DNA of 64,000 bases, from contig CAVVMW010000005.1 of NCBI GenBank assembly GCA_963749495.1, positions 64,001 to 128,000 on the forward strand. The letters are read 5' to 3'. This DNA is from an uncultured bacterium (GTDB taxonomy: Bacteria > Verrucomicrobiota > Verrucomicrobiia > Limisphaerales > UBA8199). How positions within the stretch are numbered: position 1 is the stretch's first letter; each line of letters starts with the position of its first letter. Shown piece after piece: positions 30,546 to 40,485 of this stretch. Under the pieces are notes generated by a model that ran no database searches, had not been told where the DNA came from, and saw only the letters and a list, made by a program, of their open reading frames with translations. The position numbers and the translations under genes are program-made.

Positions 30546-32770
30546 CAGGGCTATTGACAAAGTCCGGCGGCACGTTTTGGCATCGGCACGGGTGGGTATT
30601 TTGAACCCGCCAGCCTCCACGAACGGCGCGCTCACTGAGAAAAAGCGCGTTGCTGGGCTGGTTTTCGAGGTCGGTGGGGCCATCACGGCAAAGCCGGAGG
30701 ATGGCCGCTTTGGCGCAAGCAGCCTGCGGTTCTGGTTGAGGCGTTGCTTCTTAGTCTGCGTCTGTGCTTGAGCCGGTCATGAAGCGGCGGATTAAGCCCC
30801 AGGGACGGCGGCAAACCCGGCGCTCAAAATCCCGCTCAGAGAGCTTGCCGCCCCGGTGCGGGCGGTGAGTTTGGCACAGGAATATGGCCAAGGTGCGAAA
30901 CAGCGAGAGGTTGCGAGCGGTGTTGGTTTCACGCACTGTGCAGCGGTCTTCGTCTTGAGTGCGGTCGCGGCGGTGATGCTGGCCATTTTCGATGCTCCAG
31001 TGATCGCGGGCCAACTGCTGCAACTCGTCGATCGAGGCCTCCTCCGGCCAGAGGTTGGTGAAGGGGAACGCCACGTCGTGAGTCTCTTTAACCACCTGGC
31101 CCCGCCGCACGAACTGGACGTTGCGCTCGATGCGCAGCAGTTGAGCGGCCCCGGCCAGACCGAGAGTCGGAGGGTCAACCAGGCAAGACCACACGCGCCG
31201 GGTTTCAATCCGACCGTGGCCCTTGTCCACCACACTGAGTTGAGGGGGGAAGGGCGCCGGGCAGCAGTTGCTTGGCTTTGGCCCGGGCCAGAGGCTGGTT
31301 GCCTTTTAAGAAGAGCAAGTAGTCGGCTCCGTTGTTGAAGGTCAGTTGGCGGCAATTGGCTTTGATGGTATGGGCGGCATCGGCCGTGACTCGCACTCCA
31401 GCCAAATCCATCTGGGGCAGATGGGCGGCGACGGCGGCCTCTTCGTTGGTGTCCCGCGGCACGGCGATTTGATTGACCAGGCGTTGGTCGGAGGTCATGA
31501 AGTTGACCAGCGTCAGGGCCTTGTCGGCCTTGGGCTTTTGCTGCTCGATGGGAATCTCGCAAGGCTCAGGCGCCGGCAACTCCTGGGCGTTGTCCGCCTT
31601 GGGGCGGGCGGGGGCCGGTCGAGCGTTCTTGACGACTTTGCCATCGAAATGCACCGTCTTGAGCGGGGTGGGATCCTCCTGGCGCATCCAGTCCACCAAC
31701 ACCGCCTTGAGCTCGATCGGCATTCACCTTTTCTAACAAGCGCCGGAAGGTACGCTCACTGGGTACGTCGAACTGAGCGTGCGCGCCGGGACGGCGGCGG
31801 CAGCGCAAATGGCGGCGCTGTCCGTGGTTGAGGCTCTGGGCAAATTCGGCGATGGCGTGCGGCCCTTGGCAGCCCGCCGCCATGGCCAAGGCGACCAGCG
31901 TCAGAAGCGTGGCCAACAGATGCCGCACCCCCTTGGGCTTGCGCGGTTCGGTCATGTGCAACCGGAAGCACTCCCAGAGCGAATGCAATCGTCCGGTGGC
32001 CACCGGACAAGGGGGCGGCAGGGGGCCGGCCGGATTGAGCAGGGCGGGCGGCAACTCTGGGGCTTGCAGTTGCTCCAAGTTCCGCGGGCTTAAGGGGCGC
32101 ACCCACAGTTCCTTGGGGTGTTGCGTGTCGGTGTAGAAGTCCTGCCAGTTTCGCTCATAGCCCTGGGTCGGCCCCAGTTGTTGCCAACCCGCCGCTTTGT
32201 AGCAAGTGCCCTTGAAACGTTGTGGATCCACGAAGGTCTCCATCCCCAGCACCGGATGACCAAAGTGCTCCTGCCAATCCCGGGCTAGGCGCTCACAGAC
32301 CAGTTTCAAGACCCGAGAGGCCAAATTCGGCCACCGACCGCTGCTGGGCAGCACCAAAAACCGGGCGTTCTGTGCAATCAAGTGCCGCCGTTCCTTGACT
32401 TGGCGGGGGGACCATTTGAGCCAGCGATCCCGTGGCTTGAGGTGCAAGGCGGGCGAACCAAACACCAGGAGCGCCACCCACTGGCCCTGATACTCGGCCA
32501 CATACCGCAGCACCTGCCCCACTACCGTGGGGTTCTTTAGATAATGCTTGGTCGCCAGCAACTCATCGAAGCGATCTCGATCTGATTCGTCGATCAACCG
32601 CAGAGTGATTGCGCTGAGCAGCCTGGGCTCGGGAGGGAGCCCCCTTTGAAACAGTCGGCCAAATGAATAGACATGGCCCCAGTCCAGCACAGTCAGAGGA
32701 CCGACGCCAGCCAATTCTTCCTAAGTCATTGCCCATTAGAGCGCCCCCCGGGTCCTTGCCAGCCGCCCTG
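30546..32770 (-). mobile_element. ISAs1-family insertion sequence
   Basis: Imperfect TIRs CAGGGCTATTGACAAAGTCC / CAGGGCGGCTGGCAAGGACC, flanked by TAACCGGTG at 30537-30545 and 32771-32779. Confidence 0.88.
30751..32714 (-). CDS. DUF4338 (DruA-like) - ISAs1 DDE transposase fusion (frame changes near 31717 and 31246)
   Basis: HYL, LRYVA, RDRW..W, NLASR, ETFVD, GTCY.AAGW; EPR...GVRH, PSERT; FDGK, TNE, TADAAHT, LKGNQP, GHGRIETR, HWSIEN..H..RD....ED; start uncertain. Confidence 0.85.
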
Positions 32771-32779
32771 TAACCGGTG

Positions 32780-32965
32780 CGGGGCCGTTGACAAAGTCGT
32801 AGCGCAGGTTTCCAAACCTGCCGTATCGCCGATTTCCAAATCGGCAGGGCGTCGGCATATCGCGCGCGCCCGGCTTGCGGACGGCCTGCGGGTTTGGAAA
32901 CCCGCGATACAGCAGACTTGGAAGTCTGCGCTACGGCGCACCAAGGGACTTTGTCAATGGCTCCG
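32780..32965. mobile_element. 186-bp MITE with ISAs1-type ends carrying a REP-like palindrome
   Basis: TIRs CGGGGCCGTTGACAAAGTC / GACTTTGTCAATGGCTCCG, flanked by TAACCGGTG on both sides. Confidence 0.85.
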
Positions 32966-33103
32966 TAACCGGTGAAGGCGGAGACGGAGTCCCCGGCGGA
33001 CCCCTCCCCCCAAGCCTCCCCGCCCCCCTGCCCCGATTCAATCGGGGAAGGGGACCGCGAGAAGCGTCCGCCGTTCTGGACTTTAGCCTTTAGCCTTTAG
33101 CCT

Positions 33104-34201
33104 TTAGCCTTTTCTTGAGTCCCAGTGTCCGAACCGGTCTTTTGGGGGCTTGGCGTCCTCGGGGTAGATAAGATAGACGGCGTTTTTCGAATAGGCCCAG
33201 GCGGAGATGACATTTTTGCGCGGCACGATTCTGCGGACGTTCTGGCGTCTGCCCGGGTCGTTGATGATGACATCGCCCTCGGGCGTAAAGCCGGCGCAGA
33301 CGATGAGATGGCCGCTGGGCGGCCCATCCCTGCCGGAGAGCTTGTTGGCGCAAACCGACAGGACCACCGGGAACCCGGCGGCAACCCAGTCCTCCAGCTC
33401 GGCGATGTCGCTCAGGCGGGTGACATAGGCGCGCAGGCCGGGAAAGGAGCCGGCATAGGCGGTGTTGAAGGCCCAGTTGCCGGTGCCTTTCCAGACCGGG
33501 TCATAAACGGCCTGGGCGACCTCCGGCACGCCGCGCTCCAGCTCGGGCCGGTGGAGTTTGCGGCCCCAGAAACCGAGGATCATCGAGAGCGTGGTCGGGC
33601 TGCAGAGGACCACGCCATTCGAGTAGGCCATCTGGGAGCGCTCCGGGACATCGAGCACCCGGCCCCAGGCGGCCTGGTTGGGCGGCAAGACGGCAGGCCG
33701 GGCCTTCGTATTGTCCACGGTTATCCCCAGGAACCTCAGGCCCGGAGGCTGAGGCCCCTCGGCGCCCAGCGTGAGCCGGACCTGCAATTTCCGGCAGGGG
33801 GCCTTCAAGATGAGCGTGTCCGTGGCTACATCTCCGTCGGCGTCCTTCTGTCCCCCCACGCTCTGGCGCGGATGGCGGGCGGGGTTGCCGGAGTAAAGCG
33901 CCATAGTGTAGTACTTGGTCGCGCGTTCCGGGTAAAGGGCCCGGACCTCGACCTTGAGCCACGCGTCCTCCGGCATGTCCGCGTTCCAGGAGATCACAAG
34001 CTCGTCCCACGGAATACGGGCGGCGAGCGCCGGCGAGGTCAGGACCCTTTCGCCCGGTTGTGTCCCCGGCGCTTGTGCGAAGGCGGAGAAACGGCTTAGG
34101 CCCAGGAACTGACAGCCCCTGGAGTCAACGGCCCAGGCCGTTGCCGCCGCCAGGACAAAGCAGGCCGTCGCGAAACAGGCGCCGAGCCTGAACCAAAACA
34201 C
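33104..34201 (-). CDS. C39-like cysteine peptidase family protein
   Basis: VPERSQM, LCSPT, GNWAFN.AYA, GHLIV..GF...GDVIINDP; start uncertain; ends in a (TTTAGCC)n array. Confidence 0.8.
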   Translation of the reverse strand: MFWFRLGACFATACFVLAAATAWAVDSRGCQFLGLSRFSAFAQAPGTQPGERVLTSPALAARIPWDELVISWNADMPEDAWLKVEVRALYPERATKYYTMALYSGNPARHPRQSVGGQKDADGDVATDTLILKAPCRKLQVRLTLGAEGPQPPGLRFLGITVDNTKARPAVLPPNQAAWGRVLDVPERSQMAYSNGVVLCSPTTLSMILGFWGRKLHRPELERGVPEVAQAVYDPVWKGTGNWAFNTAYAGSFPGLRAYVTRLSDIAELEDWVAAGFPVVLSVCANKLSGRDGPPSGHLIVCAGFTPEGDVIINDPGRRQNVRRIVPRKNVISAWAYSKNAVYLIYPEDAKPPKDRFGHWDSRKG

Positions 34202-34423
34202 AGGGCGTGGAGCCGCAGGGGGCAAGTCGTTGGAAGCAAAGCGGTCCCGGTGCAGATCGGGACGCTCCAGGCGCTTCGGGAAGGAGGGACGCACGCGCCA
34301 AGTCGCGAGACGTTTGCCTTGGCTCTGCGCATCCCCGGCCGCGAATCTGGATCGATCGTCCGTCAAGCACGTCGAGTCTGGAGGATCTGCCGGCCAATGG
34401 CGAGATCGGATCGCGGGGCGAGG

Positions 34424-34490
34424 AGACGCAGGAAAAGAACAGAAGGAAACGAAGGAAACGAAGGAAACGAAGGATCGAAGCCCCAGATCA
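34424..34490 (+). repeat. 9-mer (AAGGAAACG)n element; full palindromic copies at 48397-48484 and 57175-57280
   Basis: Shared arms and shared core GCGTCCC.CCGGCTGGGCACAG in the full copies. Confidence 0.85.
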
Positions 34491-34643
34491 GCTCTGAGAG
34501 CTGCGATCTGGTGGCCTAAGAAGAATTTTGCCTCACCCCGTTGCGCGCGGGGCGGCCTGATTTGCATTCTTACCGTGCCGGAATATAGTGGTCGGACAAA
34601 GACCGCCGCGGCAATGTTTGCGGCCCCGCATGAAAGGATGACT

Positions 34644-35711
34644 ATGAACAAAGCAGCAGTGAGATGGATGGCGTGGCTCGCCCTGGCGGCGGGCTTGACC
34701 CTCAACCCGGCCCCCGCCGCCACCCTCAAGGTCGGCGACCCGGCCCCCAAACTCCAGGTTGCCAAGTGGGTCCAGGGCGAACCGGTCAAGGAGTTCCAAC
34801 GGGACACGGCCTATATCGTCGAGTTTTGGGCCACCTGGTGCGGGCCCTGCCGCGTCTCGATCCCGCACCTCAACGAGATCCACAAGAAATTCAAGGACAA
34901 GGGCCTGGTCGTCATCGGGCAGGACAGCTTCGAGAGTGAGGAGGGCAAAGTGGAGCCATTCGTCAAGGACATGGGAGAGAAGATGACCTACCGCGTGGCG
35001 ATGGACGACGGCCAGCACGGCACGATGGCCCAGACCTGGATGGACGCGGCCAACCAGCCCGGAATTCCGACTGCGTTCGTGGTGAACAAGCAGGGAATCG
35101 TCGCCTGGATCGGCCACCCGATGGAGATCAATGACGAGACGGTCCAACAGGTGCTCGATGGCAGCTACGACATCACCAAGGCGGCCGCCGAATCCGCAAG
35201 GCGCGCCAAGCTCATGAAGCTCTCCGGCCAATGGTCCAACGCCATGAAGGACAAGAATTGGGACGATGCCGAATCGGCCCTGGACCAGATCGAGAAACTG
35301 CTGCCCGAAGGCCAGCGCTCCAGTGTCAGCCTCCCCCGCCTGAAGGTCCTCCTCTCCAAGGGCGATACCAAGGCCGCCAGCAAGCTCGCCAGCCAAGTCA
35401 GCGACTCGAACAAGGACAAGGCCATGATGCAGAACGACCTGGCCTGGGAGATGCTCACCCATAAGGACGTTCAAGAGCGCGATCTCGACCTGGCCTACAA
35501 GATTGCCGTTCGCGCCAATGACGCCGCCCAGGGCAAAAACCCCGCCATCCTCGATACCCTCGCCCGCGCCCTCTTCATGCAGGACCAAAAGGACAAGGCC
35601 ATCGAACTCCAGGAAAAGGCCGTCGCCCTTGCCGCGGACAACGACCGCGCCAGCTACCGCAAGACGCTCAATAGCTATAAGGAGGGGAAACTGCCCAAGG
35701 CGCAGGAGTAG
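34644..35711 (+). CDS. TlpA-like thioredoxin with C-terminal TPR-like region
   Basis: Signal peptide, LKVGDPAP, EFWATWCGPC, GIPTAFVV, ILDTLARALF. Confidence 0.9.
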   Translation: MNKAAVRWMAWLALAAGLTLNPAPAATLKVGDPAPKLQVAKWVQGEPVKEFQRDTAYIVEFWATWCGPCRVSIPHLNEIHKKFKDKGLVVIGQDSFESEEGKVEPFVKDMGEKMTYRVAMDDGQHGTMAQTWMDAANQPGIPTAFVVNKQGIVAWIGHPMEINDETVQQVLDGSYDITKAAAESARRAKLMKLSGQWSNAMKDKNWDDAESALDQIEKLLPEGQRSSVSLPRLKVLLSKGDTKAASKLASQVSDSNKDKAMMQNDLAWEMLTHKDVQERDLDLAYKIAVRANDAAQGKNPAILDTLARALFMQDQKDKAIELQEKAVALAADNDRASYRKTLNSYKEGKLPKAQE

Positions 35712-35785
35712 CGAGTGCGGAGTGGGGAGTGCGGAGGGCGGAATGACGAATGACGAATGACGAATGACGAATGACGAATGACGAA
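35712..35785 (+). repeat. Heptamer arrays (GAGTGCG-like) and (AATGACG)n
   Basis: Reverse complements of the units found at 455-573. Confidence 0.9.
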
Positions 35786-35959
35786 AGCCTTGGGCCTGAA
35801 GGGCCAATAGAGCCTAGCCCAGGGGAGTGTGGCGTGGGCGTCGTTTATGTCCCTTTTGTCGCTTTTGTCCCTGCTCAGCCCCGGCAAGTGCGGCGTGCAG
35901 GTCGCTTGCGGCCTTAAATATGGGATGGTCAATCCGGTTCCAGGGGTTAGATTGCTCCC

Positions 35960-38644
35960 ATGACAGAGCCGGAACGTCCTAACCCAGACGTGCTGCTGGC
36001 CGCCCTGGAACGGGAGGACGCCCGAAAGGGGCGTGGCAAGCTCAAGGTGTTTTTCGGCATGGCGCCCGGGGTGGGCAAGACCTACGCGATGCTGGAGGCC
36101 GCCCGCCGCGAGGTGGCCGCCGGGCGCGACGTCGTCATCGGCCTTGTCGAGACGCACGGGCGCAAGGAGACCGAGGCGCTGGCCGAGGGCCTGCCCGTCA
36201 TCCCGCGCCTGACGGTCGAGTATCGCGGGGTGCCCTTGACGGAGCTGGACCTGGACGCTCTGCTGACGCGGCGTCCCCAACTGGCGGTGGTCGACGAGTT
36301 GGCCCACACCAATGCCCCCGGGTCGCGCCATCCCAAGCGCTACCAGGACGTGCTCGAGTTGCTCGACACCGGCATTGATGTCTTCACCACGCTCAACGTC
36401 CAGCACGTCGAGAGCCGCGCCGAGGCCGTCCGCCAAATCACCGGGATAACCATTCGCGAGACCCTGCCCGACACGGTCCTGGACGGGGCGGAATTCGAGC
36501 TGGTGGACCTGCCGCCTGAGGAGTTGCGGGCGCGGCTGACGGCAGGCAAGGTCTATGTCCCCGAATCGGCCCGGGCCGCGCAGGACCATTTTTTCCGCCC
36601 GGGCAATTTGTCGGCCCTGCGCGAGCTGGCCCTCCGGTTTGCCGCCGAGCACGTCGGGTTGGACGTGCTGGCCTACCGCCAGGCCCAGGGCATCGGCGAC
36701 CCCTGGAAATCCGGCCAGCGCCTGCTGGTGGCGGTCAGTCCCAGCCCGACCTCCGCCGCCCTGGTGCGCTGGACCCGGCGCCTGGCCAGCGAGTTGCAGG
36801 CGCCCTGGCTGGCAGTGTATGTCGAACTGCCCCGCCCGCTCAACCTGGACGAGCAGGAACGGCTCAACCGCCACTTGGCCCTGGCGCGGGAACTGGGCGC
36901 CCAGGTCATCCACACCACCGATTCGGATGTCGCCCGCGGCCTGTTGCGGGTGGCGGGCGAGCAGAACGCCACGCAGCTTGTGGTCGGCAAACCCGCGGGG
37001 TGGCGGGCGTTGGACCTGTTGCGCGGCGGCTCGTTGCTCAACCGGCTCATCCGCGAGAGCGGGCACATTGACATCCACGCCGTGCGGGCGGAGGGCGAGG
37101 CGCCGCTGTTCCGCAGGCTGGCCCCGCCGCGCTACAGTCCCGCTGCGGCGCGCGGTTATGGCACTGCGCTGGGTGTGGTGGCCGGGGTGACGGCCTTGAA
37201 CAGTCTGCTGCACCAGTGGACGGGTTATCAGACGCTGGCGCTTACCTACCTGCTCAGCGTGGTGGTCCTGGCCATGTTCGTGGCCCGCGGCCCGACCCTG
37301 GTCGCGGCCACGCTGACGGCCCTTCTCTGGAACTTCCTGTTTGTGCCGCCCCTCTACACCTTCCGCATCCAGGGCACGACGGACCTGATGTTCTTCTTCA
37401 CCTACTTTGTGGTGGCCTTGGCCATGGGCCATCTGGCCGCCCGCCTGCGCGCGCAGCAGGCCGCCGAGCGGCGCCGGGAGCAGCGCGCCACCGCCTTGTA
37501 CCTGCTCACGCGCGAATTGGCCCAAGCCACCGATTTCACCGACCTCCTGGCCATCATCATCCGCGAGGTCGGCAAGGCCACCCACGCGGAGGCGGCCTTG
37601 TCCATGCCCGACGAAAACCGGGACGGCTCCCTCACTCCCTATTTCGCCAGCACCTGGTTCCTCACCGAGAAGGAGCAAAGCGTCGCCTCATGGGCCTTTC
37701 AACGGCGGCAACCCGCCGGGCGCGGCACCGACACGCTTCCCTCGGCCGAGGGGATGCACCTGCCCCTGCTGGCCGGCGAGCGGGCGGTGGGCGTGCTGAG
37801 CGTGCGCTTTGGCGACGACGCCGCCCTGGGCGCCAGCGAACGGGACTTGCTGGAGGCCTTTGTGCGCCAAATCGCCCTGGTGATCGATCGCCAACGGCTG
37901 CGCGATGCCGAACAGCACGCCAAGATGGTTGAAGAGTCCGAGCGCCTGAGCAAGACCCTGCTCAATTCCATCTCGCACGAGATCCGCACGCCCATCGCCG
38001 CCATCGACAGCGCCGCCGCTACCCTCAACGCGGCGCGCAGTCGCGGGCTGGCCGAGGTGCCCTGGACCATGGTGGATGAGATCCAGGAGGCCACCCGCAG
38101 GCTCAATCGGCTGGTGGGCAACCTCCTGAATATGACGCGGCTGGAATCGGGGCACGTCAAACCCAAGCTCGACTGGTGCGACGTGGCGGACCTGGTTCAC
38201 GTGACCTTGAGCGAAATCGAAAAGGACCTGGCCTGCCATCCAGTGAGCGCTGAAATCGCCCCGGGCCTGCCGCTGGCGCGCATGGATTTCGTGCTGATGC
38301 AGCAAGCGCTGACCAACCTGTTGCTCAACGCAGCGGTCCATACTCCGGCTGGGACCCAGGTGCAGGTGCGGGCCGGCGCCAGCAACCAGACGTTGGTGCT
38401 CACCGTGGCGGACAACGGCCCGGGCCTGCCCCCCGATGCGGTCCCGTTTCTTTTCGACAAGTTCTATCGGGCGCCAGCCACGCCGGCAGGCGGCACGGGT
38501 TTGGGCCTGGCCATCGTCAAGGGCTTCGTCGAGGCCCAGGGCGGCAAGGTCCAGGCCCAAAACCAGCCCGGGGGCGGGGCCGCCTTCACCATCCGCCTGC
38601 CCTTGGTCAAACCCCCGCCCGTCACCGCCGAACCAGTTTTATGA
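35960..38644 (+). CDS. kdpD: Sensor histidine kinase KdpD
   Basis: GKLKVFFGMAPGVGKTY, VDELAHTN, Usp domain, 4 TM, GAF, SHEIRTP, GTGLGL. Confidence 0.96.
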   Translation: MTEPERPNPDVLLAALEREDARKGRGKLKVFFGMAPGVGKTYAMLEAARREVAAGRDVVIGLVETHGRKETEALAEGLPVIPRLTVEYRGVPLTELDLDALLTRRPQLAVVDELAHTNAPGSRHPKRYQDVLELLDTGIDVFTTLNVQHVESRAEAVRQITGITIRETLPDTVLDGAEFELVDLPPEELRARLTAGKVYVPESARAAQDHFFRPGNLSALRELALRFAAEHVGLDVLAYRQAQGIGDPWKSGQRLLVAVSPSPTSAALVRWTRRLASELQAPWLAVYVELPRPLNLDEQERLNRHLALARELGAQVIHTTDSDVARGLLRVAGEQNATQLVVGKPAGWRALDLLRGGSLLNRLIRESGHIDIHAVRAEGEAPLFRRLAPPRYSPAAARGYGTALGVVAGVTALNSLLHQWTGYQTLALTYLLSVVVLAMFVARGPTLVAATLTALLWNFLFVPPLYTFRIQGTTDLMFFFTYFVVALAMGHLAARLRAQQAAERRREQRATALYLLTRELAQATDFTDLLAIIIREVGKATHAEAALSMPDENRDGSLTPYFASTWFLTEKEQSVASWAFQRRQPAGRGTDTLPSAEGMHLPLLAGERAVGVLSVRFGDDAALGASERDLLEAFVRQIALVIDRQRLRDAEQHAKMVEESERLSKTLLNSISHEIRTPIAAIDSAAATLNAARSRGLAEVPWTMVDEIQEATRRLNRLVGNLLNMTRLESGHVKPKLDWCDVADLVHVTLSEIEKDLACHPVSAEIAPGLPLARMDFVLMQQALTNLLLNAAVHTPAGTQVQVRAGASNQTLVLTVADNGPGLPPDAVPFLFDKFYRAPATPAGGTGLGLAIVKGFVEAQGGKVQAQNQPGGGAAFTIRLPLVKPPPVTAEPVL

Positions 38645-39340
38645 AGGAAACCTCAGCAACCCAACCCAACGTGTTGGTCATCGATGACGAACTGCAGATC
38701 CGCCGCCTGCTGCGGGTGTGTCTGGAGAGCAACGGTTACCGCGTCCTGGAGGCCGCCACGGGCCGCGACGGCCTCACCGAGGCCGCCCAGCACCCGCCCG
38801 ATGCCATCATCCTCGACCTGGGCCTGCCGGACATGGACGGCGTGACGGTGCTCAAACGGCTGCGCGAATGGAGCCACGTCCCCGTGGTCGTGCTCTCGGT
38901 CCGCGACCGGGAAGAGGACAAGATTGCCGCGCTCGACAACGGGGCCGACGATTATGTGACCAAACCCTTCGGGACCGGGGAGTTGCTGGCGCGGCTGCGC
39001 GTTGCGCACCGGCACGCGCTGCCCTCGGCCCAGAGCCCCATCTTCCACTCCGGCAGCCTCGAGGTGGACCTCAATGCGCGAGTCGTGAGGCTCGAGGCCA
39101 AAGAGGTCAAGCTGACCGCCACGGAATACTCATTGTTGCGCCTGTTCATCCAGCACGCGGGCAAGGTCCTCACTCACCGCCAGCTCCTCAAAGAGATCTG
39201 GGGACCCAACTACGCCGAGCAGACGCAATACCTGCGCGTCTATGTCGCTCACTTGCGCGAGAAGCTCGATAAGCGACCCTTCCAGGCCCCGGCTCATCCT
39301 CACCGAGCCGGGTGTCGGATACCGGCTGGTGGCGGGGTAG
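38641..39340 (+). CDS. kdpE: Response regulator KdpE (frameshift near 39270)
   Basis: VIDDE, LDLGLPD, GADDYVTKPF, winged HTH; shifted frame ends DPSRPRLILTEPGVGYRL. Confidence 0.92.
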
Positions 39341-39530
39341 GCCCCGCTCCGCAGAGACCTTTGTCGCAACCTTTGTCGCCGCCTTTGTCGAAGCATAGCC
39401 AACCCGACAGAGGTTGCGACAAAGGCTGCGACAAAGGTCCCCTGGAACAGGCATTCCATGCACGGCGCTGTGAAAAACGCCCTTGTGGGCTTGCCCTCGC
39501 AGGTGCTATCAAGGGTCGAAAAACCAATCT

Positions 39531-40423
39531 ATGATTATGCACCGAGCTTTCTCCTTTGCGCGGGGCCTTTGCCTCCTCGCACTCACGCTGGCGCCGGCCC
39601 TGGGGCTCCGCGCCGCCGAACGCATCCCCGAAAATTGCAAGGTCGGCGGCTTTGCCATCGGCACCATTGTCTATACATTCAATAACTTCACGCTGTTCGA
39701 GGCGCTGGAGAAGACCGCCCAGGCGGGGGGCACGGTTGTCGAGCTCTCGGCCAAGACGAGCCTCAGCAAGGAAGAGGCCAATGTGCCGTTCGATTATCGT
39801 GCCTCACCGGAGGTCATTGCGAAGGTCAAGGCCAAGCTTGCCCAGTGCGGCTCAAGGCCGTGAGCTACGGCGTCATCCCCTTGCCGGGCGGCGAGGCCGA
39901 AGTGCGGAAGCTCTTCGAGTTTGCCAAGACGATGGGCCTGCGGGCGATCACGACCGAATCGCCCGAGGCGCTCGATTTGATGGAGAAGATGGTCAAGGAG
40001 TACGACATCATGATCGCCCTGCACGACCACCCGCGCAATCCCAACAATCCCAACTACCGCATGTGGGACCCCAACTACATCCTTTCCCTGGTCAAGGATC
40101 GCGACCCGCGCATCGGCGCCTGCGCCGACACCGGCCACTGGCTGCGGTCCAACCTCAAACCGGTGGACTGCCTGCGTATCCTCAAGGGCCGCATCGTCAC
40201 CAGCCATCTGAAGGACTTGAACCGGATGGGCCTGGAGGGTGCCCATGATGTGCCCTACGGCACCGGCGTCGCCGATATGGGCGCCATCCTGGAGGAACTC
40301 AAGGCGCAGGGCTTCGAGGGCAACCTCTCCATCGAGTACGAACATCACTGGGACAATTCACTGCCGGAGGTCGCCCAGTGCATCGGCTTTGTTCGCGGCT
40401 ACGGGGCCGCCAAAGGCTGGTGA
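39531..40423 (+). CDS. Sugar phosphate isomerase/epimerase (xylose isomerase-like TIM barrel), exported (frameshift near 39850)
   Basis: YTFNNFTLFEA, IALHDH, CADTGHW, HLKD, SIEYE. Confidence 0.85.
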
Positions 40424-40485
40424 ACGAACAAACCCCAACCCTGCCGGCGCTTGACACCAGGTCCTGGAGGTGCTACGCCTGGAGC

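Noticed and set aside
30751..32714. Complete Druantia defence system
   Set aside because: Only a DruA-like domain inside an IS; no DruE helicase or other dru genes
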